A DNA stretch of 64,000 nucleotides from Lineus longissimus (GCF_910592395.1 NC_088308.1:620001-684000); one strand, 5' to 3'. Counted from the first letter of the stretch, positions 26,860 through 39,187 are shown. The notes: a model not told the origin generated them from the sequence alone. Made by a program: numbers and translations.

Positions 26860-29800
26860 GTGTCGGCGATATTGAAAGTGACTTTATCATTAAAATATCG
26901 TGCCTTATATTGCGGTCTTCTTCCTTCTTGTCAGAGACCGTGTCATGACATTCAAATGTCCAAGATCAACGGGTGAAGTATGGCCGAGGTGATTGAAATG
27001 TGTCGCCTGCATTCAAATGTCTCATTGAACCTTGCATGGTCATATCTCAAGCAAATCTATTGATTATAAATCTATCTTGTTGCTGGTTCTGGTCACGCTC
27101 CACTCCATCCTTTTGCTATCCACTCAATACCTTTTGTCACGCATTAACCAGGAATGCATTATGAATTTGCTTTTCTAATGTTGTCTTCTATTTAAGGCTA
27201 CTATATATCATGATAGTATGTCATTTTCTAATCATAGCGCACTCGAATCCTTTGATAAGGGAATGGAAGAAGTGTGCTATTAAACGGGTAACGTCTGATT
27301 TTGTTGACGACAGTAATGTGTTCACGCGATATTCAGGGAGAGGACAATTGGCCCAGAACAGGAGGGACACATAGAAGTAAAGGTAAGTCCATGCAAATAT
27401 AAAGAAAATGAATATCCATGGCCATCATTGGTCGGGTAGAGCAAGTTGTTAAAGCGGTCTTCTCCCGGTCGCCTGGTTGTGACTTGGTCCTTGCAAGACC
27501 AATACGCTTTTGGTTTGGACGAATGATAACAAACTAGACTTTAAAGGAATACACAACCTCAGCCATTATTCACCATTTAAAGATAGGCCTACCGCCAGGC
27601 TGTCACAATCAGCCATATCGGAATAATTCTTCACTTTCTTCAACGTACATTTATTTCTGACAACCAGAACACAATCAAAGCGGGTGAGAGTGAAATCATG
27701 CTGTCTTTTCACCTTGGGCTGACATACCACGGTGAAGGCCTATGATAATCCTATTATCAGGTGTTTAACCAATGCAGGTATACATAAATCACTACTGTCT
27801 TCGAATAGGCCTTATTTCTAAACTACTTATGCCATAGTTTTGTCTTCGAGACGTATCTTGGCAGCATAGAGTAAGTCGTGACGACCAACGATTTGCCACA
27901 CTCAGGACTGGTGAGGAAAGTGTCTGTTCGTGAATTAATTACGTAAGTATAGGGCTATTCGCTTTCGTGAAATATGTCACCAAATTCATCCAGGCCTATC
28001 ATTAGGTATTCTTATATACATGCTGGTTGTGCACTCTGCTGCATCTCTCTGACCTGTCTGTCTAAAAACATATCACTCTGGACATCATGCAGCGGGAAAT
28101 GACTGCTGTTGGCCACCTTACCCAAGAACCACAGTGAATGTAGGGACACCTTGGGTGTTTGATTTACCCGGCACAGACAACTAATTTAATGTTGCGGAAA
28201 GGACGTACAACCCCATGATATATTTAATGATTAGTTTTATACTTGCTTCAAATGTTTTCCTTCGACTATTGATTCTTCATGTAATCGTCCATGATTACTC
28301 TGTAAACAAGTGCCGCGATCGACACCCGTCGATATTGGTTTGCATGTCGTCTCCAGGCTTCACACAGGAAGAACACACAACCAATATTCGGAAGGCCAAT
28401 TTACTTTTTGTTGGTAAAAGCTTCTTGGTCAACTTGAGCTTTTATTAATGAAATTTAGATCTAACGCCCCGACCTAAAGATCGAGCCAAAGTTATATCAA
28501 AATCTTTTAAAGGAATAACACAATATCTTTCTTGATTCCATTTCGTTGGTCGAAGCTTGGACATTGCTCAAAAGCCTGGAATACCAAGAGGAAATGCAAA
28601 CACGACTCACGACTGAGGGGAAATATCGAGGTATCAAGAAGTCGAACAGACATTCTGTATTCTGGAGGGTTTCAATTGTATATTTTGTTGGTGAGTGCCC
28701 TTTGGTCAACTCCATTTGTTTAAAATAGGGACGCCAAACCCAACACGTTAAACTTTACGACATGGAAATATAAAAAAGACGACATTGGATACAGGAATAA
28801 CACGACACTCGGACAATTGACAAGGCTGGGGAAGGTTCCTTTTTATCTTGGTCATAGGTTTCTCACAGGAATATCACTCGAAGTTAACGGATTGCGCGAG
28901 AGGGAAGTGTGTGAAAGCAATGCCGAAAGGAAAAGGCGTTGGCCCGTACCAAGCTGACCCAAGGAAAGGTTCATTCAGTGCGAAATGTTTGATTTGAATA
29001 AAGTGATCCACTTACTATCTCAAGAAAGGAGATGCTTATCTCTTAAATATAATGTCTCTGCAGGCGATGGTGATGTCCTACCGAGGAAACGTGTTAACCG
29101 TTCGCCTAAACTGCCTACCACCTCTAGCTCAATGAGATTTTCGGATCATGCAATCATTTGGTGCTATCTGGTGATTGAAATATAAATGAGGCTTTAAAAA
29201 CGCATCACAAATTGAATTAAAAAGCAATTTTTCGCGTGCAGATTCGGCTTGAAGAAGCCACAAAATTACCAAACCTCCATCGGAATGGAATTATGAATTA
29301 CCATTTTAAAAATGAGATCAAAGGTCTAATGGATCCATGCTGTGAAAATTGAACGTAAATCTCTCCTACATGAATAATGTCATCGATACCTGCACTAAAT
29401 TGTTAATCCATCTTTTTGATAAAACTACATGTATGTGACAGCCATTTAATGTCGAGATTCGTTCCAAGCTTGACACATGAACAGTTCTGAAAGGAAATGT
29501 ATTTTCATTCACTGATGAATTCTTTATGCTGTGACATTTGGTATAACCGGCTTGGTTTGTTGAATTAAGGCCGCATATCATTCTGTGATTCGAGTAGGTA
29601 AACACAATATAGAAGATGTTTTATTTATTGTGTAACATAACGATACATACGTTGTAAACATAAAGCCCCAACGCAGGAATACGTGACGGTATGTCAGCAG
29701 AGCAAAATCTTGGATAACAATTTTTACATTCGAGAACTTCTTTCGTGGTGGTTTAGATGATTTCGTCCACCTCCGACTCTCTACAAGCCAGTAGCTGTCA

Positions 29801-30313
29801 TTCACGTTGACACATTTCATGCTCGTGACTCTTTAGTCGTCCCTGTGCTGGTTATCATTTTCGTTGTACCTTAACATCTACTACATGTTCTCTTGCAGGT
29901 TTCTCGTAACATGGGCCTGGTATAACCAACTGAAATCAATTCACGTGAACTACCTCAGGAATTTAGTGTTTTCATTAGTAAGTGGTCGTATACCTTGTTC
30001 GGTGGCACATACGCAGTGGGCTCATATTATGTACGTCATTATTACAGTGCCCTGTCCACATGTTGGATCGCCAACCTGACCATCAATCAGTTGGAGAAAT
30101 TTCCACCTCTTTTAGGTCGTGTCTTAGCTGCATTGTTCACAACGGACTTTTTCCATGAACACCTTCTCCATTGTTACCGTTATGTTATTGTTTTACATAT
30201 GATCCCAATTTAGAATAGTCGCGCCAAATGATAGCTGACTAAGTGGTCCGCACTGCTTATGTTCTTGTTTAATTTCTTTCCCTTTCCAATATATATTTGT
30301 TACAGCAGTCACC

Positions 30314-33300
30314 ATGGGTCTTGATGTAAAACTATTCAAAGGAACCGTAGACGAGGATCTCATCTGCCCAGTCTGTAATGGCGTCTTCGTCGATCCGGTG
30401 ACGCCATCTTGTCAACATATCGTCTGCTCCGGGTGCGTGAGAACGAGGCTGAGACGCGGGAGGGACACGTGCATCGTGTGCGAAGGAAAACTCGTCGAGA
30501 AGAATGGAAAACCGCCGCAGAATCTCAGCATTAAACTTTTAACTCTTGATATGAACTGTGTAAACGGGTGTGGCAAGATTGTCCATCTCGGTGAACTGCC
30601 TGACCATGTCAGTGACGAATGCCCGAACGCCATGTTGCTTTGCCCGAATCGCCGCCGTGGCTGTCAATCAAAAATCAACAGGAAGGATGTAAACAAACAC
30701 ATGGAACACTGTCTGTACAGGTTTGTTCATTGTGAAGCTTGTGGGTGTCGGACAATGCAGTTTGATTTGTTTACCCATCAGAGAAAGAAGGGATGCTTGG
30801 CGCTGAAACTTCGCCAGGACGTGATGAGGAGCCGTAGGGCGTCGTCTGCGGCGATTAAACTCCATCGTCTGCATCTGAAGGATGTTGATATCGAGGCTCA
30901 TCAGGAGACAAGGCGGCTGGTAAAGGTAAGGGGAATGAACAAGAAAGATAGGCTAGTGCACGGAGGTCAACTTGATTCCTTTTTTACCACAAAATGTATT
31001 CCAGTGGCCCACGATATATGTGTATGTAATATGGCGGTCAATAGCCCCATGTTTCATATGATACTATACCAAGTACGTCTGCTCATTTTTCAGGAGCGGA
31101 CATGTTCAGCCTCCTCCAGCCGCCTCTCGACGCCAATGCGGCGGGGTTCTACAGGAAGATGGTCCGAGACCACATGTGGCACGCCCGACTCACTTGATGG
31201 AGAGATTAGCCCAAGCGGATGCTCCTCGCCGAGATCGCCGTCCGCCATGTCATGGAGACCGGTCACCCCCGTAGATGACTCGACTTCAACTTGCATGAGA
31301 TGCGACCGGGTGTTTAAACTTGCCAAAAACGGTGATCGGGCTTGCCAGTGGCACCTCGGTGTAAGTTGGACGTTACATAATTCTGTCCGCAGGAGCTCAC
31401 GATTTCTTCTTCTGATTGCCAATACATAAGACGAAAGTCACTAAAAACGCATTTCAAACAAAGTTCCCGTGAGACGTGAACAACATCCGTCCTGAGGAAG
31501 CCACTTTTGACAATGGTATAAAACTGACGACAATCTCCTGGGAGACTGAAAGCATTCGCATGTACAGTAAGCATGTAGAAAATGTTCCGAGATAGACGAA
31601 TTTGAATCCATGTTACATGTATAATTGGTCTTTCCTTTTCATGTGACTGGCCCACTTGACCTTGACTGCATCTAACAGCCGGTGAGTTTGTCTATCAAAA
31701 TATAGTTTAAGTTTTGAACAGATTTTGAAATCAGTTGAACCTTTGAACTGAAATCAGATCAAAAGTAAAACAAGGGTGAGCTAGAGGTTGCGGATCGTCC
31801 CGACTTCTACGCCCACCGAGATCAACTGGGAGTGGGTGTCGGGATGACGAAGGCAGAACGGAAGACGGGATTCCATGCTATTACGCATCGGCATGGAACA
31901 ACAACTCCAAAATGGCCGCTGCTTTCAAGATGGCCACCTGATAGGCCCATTGGTACGAGTACTTCGTCCTTGTATTCCTTATTCCCTATTCTCTTTTTCA
32001 TCTCACTTGATTTCGTCGCGGAAACACTAAATAGATCGTAAGTAACCATTTTATTGTTACAAGTATGATCTTTAGTCAAGGCTGGGGCGTATGATTTTAA
32101 AATTAAAAAACACCCTCACCCAATCAGAATAACGATGCATTTCCTTCAAAACACTATGACACCATGTCCTAAGTTATTGACCGGCATATCATTAGTTATA
32201 TAGCCAAGACAAATGTATCAATGTGCCCCTTGAAAGCCTTCGTTCACCACGTTCACCGTCTAAACTGCTGGTTGACTAATGTCATTTGTATCTCTTTTTC
32301 AACTCTAATTGGAAACGAAGGCGGAAATATTCGTAAGTATATTTAACAATTTCATTAAAATGTGGCAGTTTTTATCAAATAACGAAATAAACTACACCCA
32401 TTTGCCTCAGATGGAAAAGCCGTGATAAATCAACATGTGGTGCAACATTCTACCAATTTTCAAGAAACGATCAAGGCTGCTCCATTGCTTTTACAGATTT
32501 GTAACTCTCTGCTCTGCAGTATCACCTTGCGAACACATATTAAAGGATATTCTCAGCTGAGATAGTGGAGTTACTTTCGTCATTGTGACATTTGTTTTCT
32601 TGTAGCGGTACTTATATCAATATCTCCTCTCTATTTTCATACATCGTTGACATTTCCACGGATACTTACATACAGGGTGTAAGTACTTTTCGCATCATGA
32701 TTGATATCACAAGAGTAGAGTTAACTATCTGCTGTATGTGTGGGTTTAAATAAACAAATGCAACGATTCCAGTCTATTCAGACGTTTCGTATAATTGGTA
32801 CTTTTTCAATGAATGCTGTATGGCCACCGATCATTATTTGAATAAGTGTTGCCATCTCGAAAAAGAAATTCATATTCGGCTTACTGAAGTCCGTTTCTTT
32901 GACGAGGTTAACTTGTATCAGTTTGACGGACTGCTCAGCTAATTGTTGGCAACATGTCCCACCCGTTTGATGGTGGTAGGAGTGGGCACTAAGATAATGC
33001 TATTCAGTGAAAGAAGGGCGGATATTCCTTCGGTACAAAGACTAATTCCTCCTCTTTTTCCTTTCATGTTTACCTTTCGTTCATCAACAACATGAACACA
33101 AACAGGGGGTAAGTATGTGTACGCTGCACATCTGATCTTATTTACCTTCGTTTTAAAGTTGGTGAAGACAAGGAAGACAAGATCGAACTGGTCACTGTTC
33201 CCGCCGTAATGGCAGTGGGGAATAAAGACTTGATGCATGTTCAGACTTTCCAAGCGATTTCCACTCTTCATACGTTTTCCACATGTTTCAGACGTGTTCA

Positions 33301-33363
33301 ACGTGCGGACGACAAGACCACCAAAACGGATGTGCATACGGACACCATATCGTCGGACATTGA
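30314..33363 (+). CDS. RING + TRAF-type zinc finger E3 ligase-like protein (RNF41/RNF151-like N-terminus) with a C-terminal CHORD-like Cys/His domain, about 324 aa
   Basis: The N-terminus MGLDVKLFKGTVDEDLICPVCNGVFVDPVTPSCQHIVCSGC resembles RNF41/RNF151 RINGs, and TRAF-like fingers follow. Proposed exons 30314-30925, 31094-31360, microexons 31679-31681, 32035-32037, 32321-32332, 32676-32678, 33106-33108, and last exon 33292-33363 (TCSTCGRQDHQNGCAYGHHIVGH*). AATAAA at about 33698. Confidence 0.8.
31679..33108 (+). CDS. Array of five phase-0 microexons (CCG, ATC, GCGGAAATATTC, GGT, GGG = P, I, AEIF, G, G)
   Basis: acag|CCG|gtgagt, atag|ATC|gtaagt, gaag|GCGGAAATATTC|gtaagt, acag|GGT|gtaagt, acag|GGG|gtaagt; each is preceded by a long AG-free, pyrimidine-rich zone. 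Confidence 0.75.
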
Positions 33364-35265
33364 GACTCCACCGGTGAAGCCATCAAGCTGTTCAAAATCA
33401 TTGTAAAACCAAGGTCCGAGACAACATGTTTATATAGTTATGTTAAATAAGAACCTCATATCCCAGTGTTTTACCATAGTGATTCCATGTATTACCAACC
33501 TGAACTTTTGAAACGCACAGATCTCCTTGTTATAGTGAATTAGTGGTCGTGATTTACCATGCTGACGTTAGGCCTCTCTTGGTCGGAATGGTGAATCCTA
33601 GATGCATAGAGTATATATAACTTACCGCTTTGTAACCAGTTCATACCCTTTATAAAATTTCAAGGTTGCCGTGAATGTAAAGGTCCATATTCAAAGCAAT
33701 AAAACTGTGATATATGTATGACCCAGTTGACTTTAATTCCAAGGTACTGTTATTAAACAGATAGATGTAATTGGTCTACATCGTAGTAGTTTTTATTTTA
33801 TGATTTTTACACAATCGAAAACTTTGTGGTTATTTCGCCCCATCACGCAGTCCGAGATGATCATGAATCTTCTGTCTCCAGGCAGCGACGGACAGCATTC
33901 ACTGTTCTCTTGAAACGTTGTCAGAATATTGAGGTCACTTTATTGAGAAGACTTCGTTTGATACATTGTATGCCACACTTCACGCTCCACTTGAACGAAC
34001 AAGGTCCCGATTATCAACTGGACTATGTGGACGGGTATAAAAAACTGTAAACATTGCAATCATTACACTAGAGGCGCTGATTTCGTTCCTTAAAACACCT
34101 CTAGAACTAGTAACTTGCCACCATCTTGAAAAGCAGTACCGCGGATATAGAAAAGGGAAGATTTTTTCTTATTCTAATTAGGCTATCGCATCACCACTCT
34201 GACATTTTAATTTTTTATTTCGTCACAGTGCGAGTTTGTAAATATTGATGACCTAGTGTACCGGTTTTCTATTGAACTTCGCCAAAAGTAAAGAGATCTT
34301 TACAGCCACGTAACGTTCATGTCCCGGCGCACACCCTGGTCAGAGCCGGGTTTCGGGCATCGCCAAACCATACAAGGCACTGATACAATGTATGATGAAG
34401 GGGGCGGGTACTTGGGACCCAGACACATTTAGAACAGAACCTCCAAAAGGTCACACATACTGTAAGAAGAATAGTTCCCGAACTATTTGGATGACAAACA
34501 TGAGCACAAAGCATGCGTACATGAATCGTTTGTGATGTCGAAACTGCACATAGGGCGAGGCTGAACTGCATGTAGGGTGTATGTACGCACGACCGGCAGC
34601 GTGTTCTGACATTGCTTCATTTAGCTTAGAAAAGGTCATAAAAGGGCCCAAATCAGGATGGAACGGCGGTAGGGGAGGGGGTGTTCAGACTTGCTCATGA
34701 TTCTGCTCACCAATATGTATGCAGCAGACCCGCAATCGCAAGGTGGCCATCGAAAGTCTGGTTTTGGCAAAAAACTTCTTTATTTGTCTACTTTTAGTTC
34801 ATGTCTAGACATGTCTTAACAATATTTTATTTGATGTCTACATGCAGTACGTTTATGGCAAACCGGTACGTAAATTCCCATCTTAGAGGTCAATGAGCCG
34901 AACTATGACTTACATGCCAGTCAAGTTAAGGGACGATAGAATTTCACACAGTCACTGAGGTAGACTCAATGGAGGTACATAACTTTCTCGGTTAGGTTAC
35001 AGACACCCTTTGTACGTACATGTACATCCGATCAAGGCTCTTTCATTATGTCCTCATGTCCACCAAATGCAGCACAAGTCCAAAGTTCAAAACAATTTTT
35101 CTACACTGCTTACATCACGAATTAAAGACCCAACATTCAAATTGAATAGCAGCCCTACGAAAGCAAATCGATGGGTAGACATGTATATAGAAATCCCTAC
35201 AGTCCCCTCGCACCACAGTTAAGAAAGTCATAGTCCATCTCCAAGATGGTCTCTGTGTTATTGCG

Positions 35266-35838
35266 TTATTCCTCCTTAGTTGCTCCCTTAAAGTTCAACA
35301 TCCTTTTCGGTGCTTTTTTGATCTCATCATTGGCAAGCTTAGCACTGTAAACAGCAGCAGTAATGGTGCCCGCAGTCAAGCCAATAATGCTGCCATTCAG
35401 GAGAGCACCTCCCATGTAGTACCCAACGCCCAGGCCGGCCACGGCCCCCACAGTGGCCCAGCGGTCACAACGGAGTTGGGATGTGTTGTAGCGAATCCGG
35501 TAGCTGCGGTCGTAGAGCCGTTCCTGTTGTCCCTCTTTGGAATATCGCTTGTCCCCTTTCAGAGTCATCTCCGTGGCGAATGGTCCCAAAGGTATACCGA
35601 GAGCAGCCCCGATCCTTCCTCCTTTCATGGCGGAACTCTTGATCATAGCAAGGTTGCCCCGCCCTCGGACAAGCCCGACTAGGGGTCCGAAAACGCACAA
35701 GCCCAGTAAGCTTCCAGCCTGGATGGTCTTGTACATGACATGGTAATGGAGCTCGAATCGTGGGTTTGGTACAACTTCGAGTTCGTCGTCGGAGCATTTA
35801 GTCCCGAGGTACAGGTTCTTGAAGAACGTGGACGTCAT
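35266..35838 (-). CDS. Uncharacterised small membrane protein (about 190 aa, Gly/Ala-rich hydrophobic helices)
   Basis: ATG at 35838 (aaaATG) just after acceptor ctttcag. GC-rich codon-like composition; hydrophobic segments (GSLLGLCVFGPLVGLV, IGAALGIPLGP, WATVGAVAGLGVGYY, SIIGLTAGTITAAVY) around a DRSYRIRYN motif. Confidence 0.75.
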   Translation of the reverse strand: MTSTFFKNLYLGTKCSDDELEVVPNPRFELHYHVMYKTIQAGSLLGLCVFGPLVGLVRGRGNLAMIKSSAMKGGRIGAALGIPLGPFATEMTLKGDKRYSKEGQQERLYDRSYRIRYNTSQLRCDRWATVGAVAGLGVGYYMGGALLNGSIIGLTAGTITAAVYSAKLANDEIKKAPKRMLNFKGATKEE

Positions 35839-36038
35839 TTTGTAGTGTCCTGAAAGACAAAATGCAAACACTTACATGCGTCTTGACCACCAAGGTTTAT
35901 ATTTAGAGAGAGTATAGACCATGAGGTTCAGGATAACTTACATTTAGTTCAAATCCCGTGAACCAAATCACACTGCGATTTTCCACACGCTACAAAAGTA
36001 GTGCGTATAAAAACATCAAGAAACACTTCTTTTTAGGG

Positions 36039-36362
36039 GGAGAGTGTTTGTCTTAAGACTTAAAATACACTTTGAACGTGTTTTTTAAATTTTGGAAATA
36101 AAAGGAGAGATTGTTCATTTTAAGACTTGAAATACACTTTGAACGTGTTTTTTAAATTTTGGAAATAAAAGGAGAGATTGTTCGTTTTAAGACTTAAAAT
36201 ACACTTTGAACGTGTTTTTTAAATTTTGGAAATAAAAGGAGAGATTGTTCGTTTTAAGACTTGAAATACACTTTGAACGTGTTTTTTAAATTTTGGAAAT
36301 AAAAGGAGAGATTGTTCGTTTTAAGACTTGAAATACACTTTGAATGTGTTTTTTAAATTTTA
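36039..36362. repeat. AT-rich tandem repeat, 67-bp unit, about 4.8 copies
   Basis: taagactt(g/a)aaatacactttgaacgtg... recurs at 36054, 36121, 36188, 36255 and 36322. Confidence 0.93.
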
Positions 36363-37903
36363 GCGGCCAACTAAAGCAGTGATAGGAGGACAGCCTCACC
36401 ACACTATAACTCAAGTCACCGGACCGTATATATTTTGACCACACCTGCTATCCGAAATTAAATCATTTTTTGTACCGTTTAAGATGCAAATGAACATTTA
36501 TATAGCGTACATTTATTTTGATACCTCGTTTCCAGTCTTCAGTCAGGGATTGGGGTCCCATACCTTTGTAAAAACACCAGAAAATAACGCTCTAGGATCT
36601 GTCACAACTTCGACTCTACTCCAAGAGTAGTATCTTACCAGATTCCGTCCCCAAGTTCATGACCAATTGACATTTGATGCAGTAGAATGCAGAAGACTGC
36701 TAATACATGTAGTTCATTTTGTGTATCTACGTGGTTGCCTGCGAACTGTGAATGGGGACGAGGTTGCTAATTATGGGACAACCGGTTTTGATGCAGAGAA
36801 TGCAGGCAACTCGACACATGTGATTCGCTGGGTCACACCGTAAGTACCTGATGTCTGTTAGGCCCACACACTGCACGACTGTGTCCGATATGGCCTGGGG
36901 CCGGGGGTAGTGAACGGGGAAGCGCAGTAGACATGGTAGCGAGTGAACTGCGGTGAGAACACTTGGCTATTCTTACTTTATCACCTACCTTTCCACTTCC
37001 TGTCTACAGCGCAGCACACGAGTCACAACAACCTCAATACCCGTGTCCTTAGATGACCTTCGACAACTCAACTGCACCAAATGTTAGCAGTGACGACGCC
37101 AGTTGTGACTACCAACCAGCACCCATCGAATACTCACCGCAACAATGCACTTTCCGGTGTGAATATCTCGATGTACAGCTGCTGTGTACACAGTGCTATT
37201 CATGTATTGATTCGCCCGAACATGACGAAGTCAATGTCAGATGAGAACGGCGCGAAAATAGGTCAGTCGGTGTTGCCATCTTTTGTAAAATAGCTGAACC
37301 GATAGTGCATCCTCGAGGCGTCATACTGTACGGTGGGGTTCCACCGCAACGAAAGAACGCAGTCCCGGGGACGTCATTTTTGCAGGCGGCTTAAAATTGG
37401 GTAGAAACAGAGTGAAAAAGTAGTGTCTGTCATAATGGACGTACACTCCGGACGCAGTGGACCGGCGTCGTTCTTCACACCCAATTAGGATGACGCAATG
37501 GACTGTCCAGGAAGTTTTAATGGACGGCGGGTGGGATCAGCAAAGAACTTTTTAAAAATATGTTGTAGAAATAACGCCAACTTGAAGTTGATGTGAAGTT
37601 TTGGCTATTGTTTTGGACGACTCGGTTTTGGTCCACGAAACGAGTTCTCCGAATAAATTTGACGACGTCACGGGGATGTGACGTCATATGCGGCCAAAAC
37701 CGTCGTTGCCATTGATGCGTCGTTGCCATGAACGCTCATGGCCGTGCCTGTAATATTTTCTTTCCAGAATTTCTAGCGTTCCGCATGTTTTCCGTATAGC
37801 AATGATTTTGTCTTTGATTGACCGATGACATCAAAACACTGACACTGCGAATTGGAAAGATGACGGGGAATAAATAGCGACAATTCAGACAAGAACTCGT
37901 GAA

Positions 37904-38929
37904 ATGGAGAAGGAGGACCTAGTTGCGATGAGGAACAAAGCTGTTCGTCGACCTACAATTATTGAGAGTAGGCTATTGGAACGTTTTTATCCTGTCACAA
38001 GACCTGGAGTTGACAATGGAACTCAGAAAATCTACGTCGATAGTCTTCGTGTCACAAGCAAGATAACGCAAGGGCGTGCGTCTGAGGAGGGTTCAGCGCA
38101 GTCGCCACTGGACTTGGCCACAAGGGATTCTGTCTGGCGGATGGTCGTGCCTGATCAGGAGAAGCAAGAATTCTCCAGGAGAAATGGTCCAATAAGACAG
38201 ACCTTTTCTTGGGTAAGGAAGGGTTATGCAGGTCTTGGCAGGATACAGGTCAGATTTAGATACCCACCAGTGCCCACGCGGCCGCAGGTGCGGGAATACT
38301 GCACTTGTACTTCACCGATACCGAAAAGAGTGACGAGCCACGCCAACCATGGTTTAAGCATAAGTAGAGACAACAGGTCCAACCCCGGAGTTCGAATTCC
38401 CCAGAGTGAAACACATGATGAGACAGACATAATGTCTCGGAACTGCCATGCAAATTCACCCACCTCCCCGTTGAATCAAGATGGTGTGGAGATAGGGGCA
38501 GAGAGACCGACTTCAAAAGGCATATCTTACGATGAATACTTGAGGTATATGTATATCCAGGAAAGTGAACAAGTCCAAAACGTGTTGCTGCAACGCCAAG
38601 TTGGTTTGCCACCGATCCGAAAAGACTCGCCCAAGACCAATCTCACAGAAATGAATGAATTTAGATTTTTGACCCGAAAGAGGGTCCCTGCTGGGAAGTG
38701 CCGGGAAAACAGTTGTCGCGTGACAAGGTCCAGGCCTACTATTCCCACGCGTCATCAGACGCTCTTTAGTCGCATCAAGGAGAAGGAGGAGTGCCAGATA
38801 ATGCCAGCATTGGGCTCTGCTGAAATTAGGGGAGACGCGCAAAAGAAACAAGTACATGTGTCCTGTCGAGAGTGTCCACGGGATCCCAACAGTGAAGTCC
38901 TGTCCGTAAAGTTAGATATGGATCAATAA
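37904..38929 (+). CDS. Uncharacterised 341-aa hydrophilic, basic protein with no recognisable domain
   Basis: 1026-nt intronless ORF with good start context (gaaATGG); AATAAA overlaps and follows the stop codon. Confidence 0.65.
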   Translation: MEKEDLVAMRNKAVRRPTIIESRLLERFYPVTRPGVDNGTQKIYVDSLRVTSKITQGRASEEGSAQSPLDLATRDSVWRMVVPDQEKQEFSRRNGPIRQTFSWVRKGYAGLGRIQVRFRYPPVPTRPQVREYCTCTSPIPKRVTSHANHGLSISRDNRSNPGVRIPQSETHDETDIMSRNCHANSPTSPLNQDGVEIGAERPTSKGISYDEYLRYMYIQESEQVQNVLLQRQVGLPPIRKDSPKTNLTEMNEFRFLTRKRVPAGKCRENSCRVTRSRPTIPTRHQTLFSRIKEKEECQIMPALGSAEIRGDAQKKQVHVSCRECPRDPNSEVLSVKLDMDQ

Positions 38930-39070
38930 ACTTTATCAAAATAAACGGAATTCCTGTGAGCACGCTGTAATCAATCAGAATCTTTCTTGACTTGAGGGTA
39001 TTGAGGGTAAAGCAATCTGATAGTGCTCAAAACAGAATGGAAGTCAAGTGTTTAAGGCACCCGATATTTT

Positions 39071-39187
39071 GGGTGATATGAATAAACACTAGCAAATGCT
39101 TTTATCTAGAATTCCATGTTCATTTACACTAGGCCTTCCTGTACGAAATTGAAGTAAAAGCAGTGCTAGACTTTATTCATATTAGCC
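39071..39187. mobile_element. MITE family A, copy 2
   Basis: Same terminal inverted repeats and internal sequence as 6498-6615. Confidence 0.85.

Noticed and set aside
30314..31429. 371-aa ORF taken as the complete protein
   Set aside because: It reads through an in-frame intron (30926-31093) and past a perfect donor at 31360; the true C-terminus appears to lie downstream.
31775..31775. Possible 1-nt microexon (caag|G|gtgagc)
   Set aside because: No pyrimidine tract or AG-free zone upstream, and it would shift the frame.
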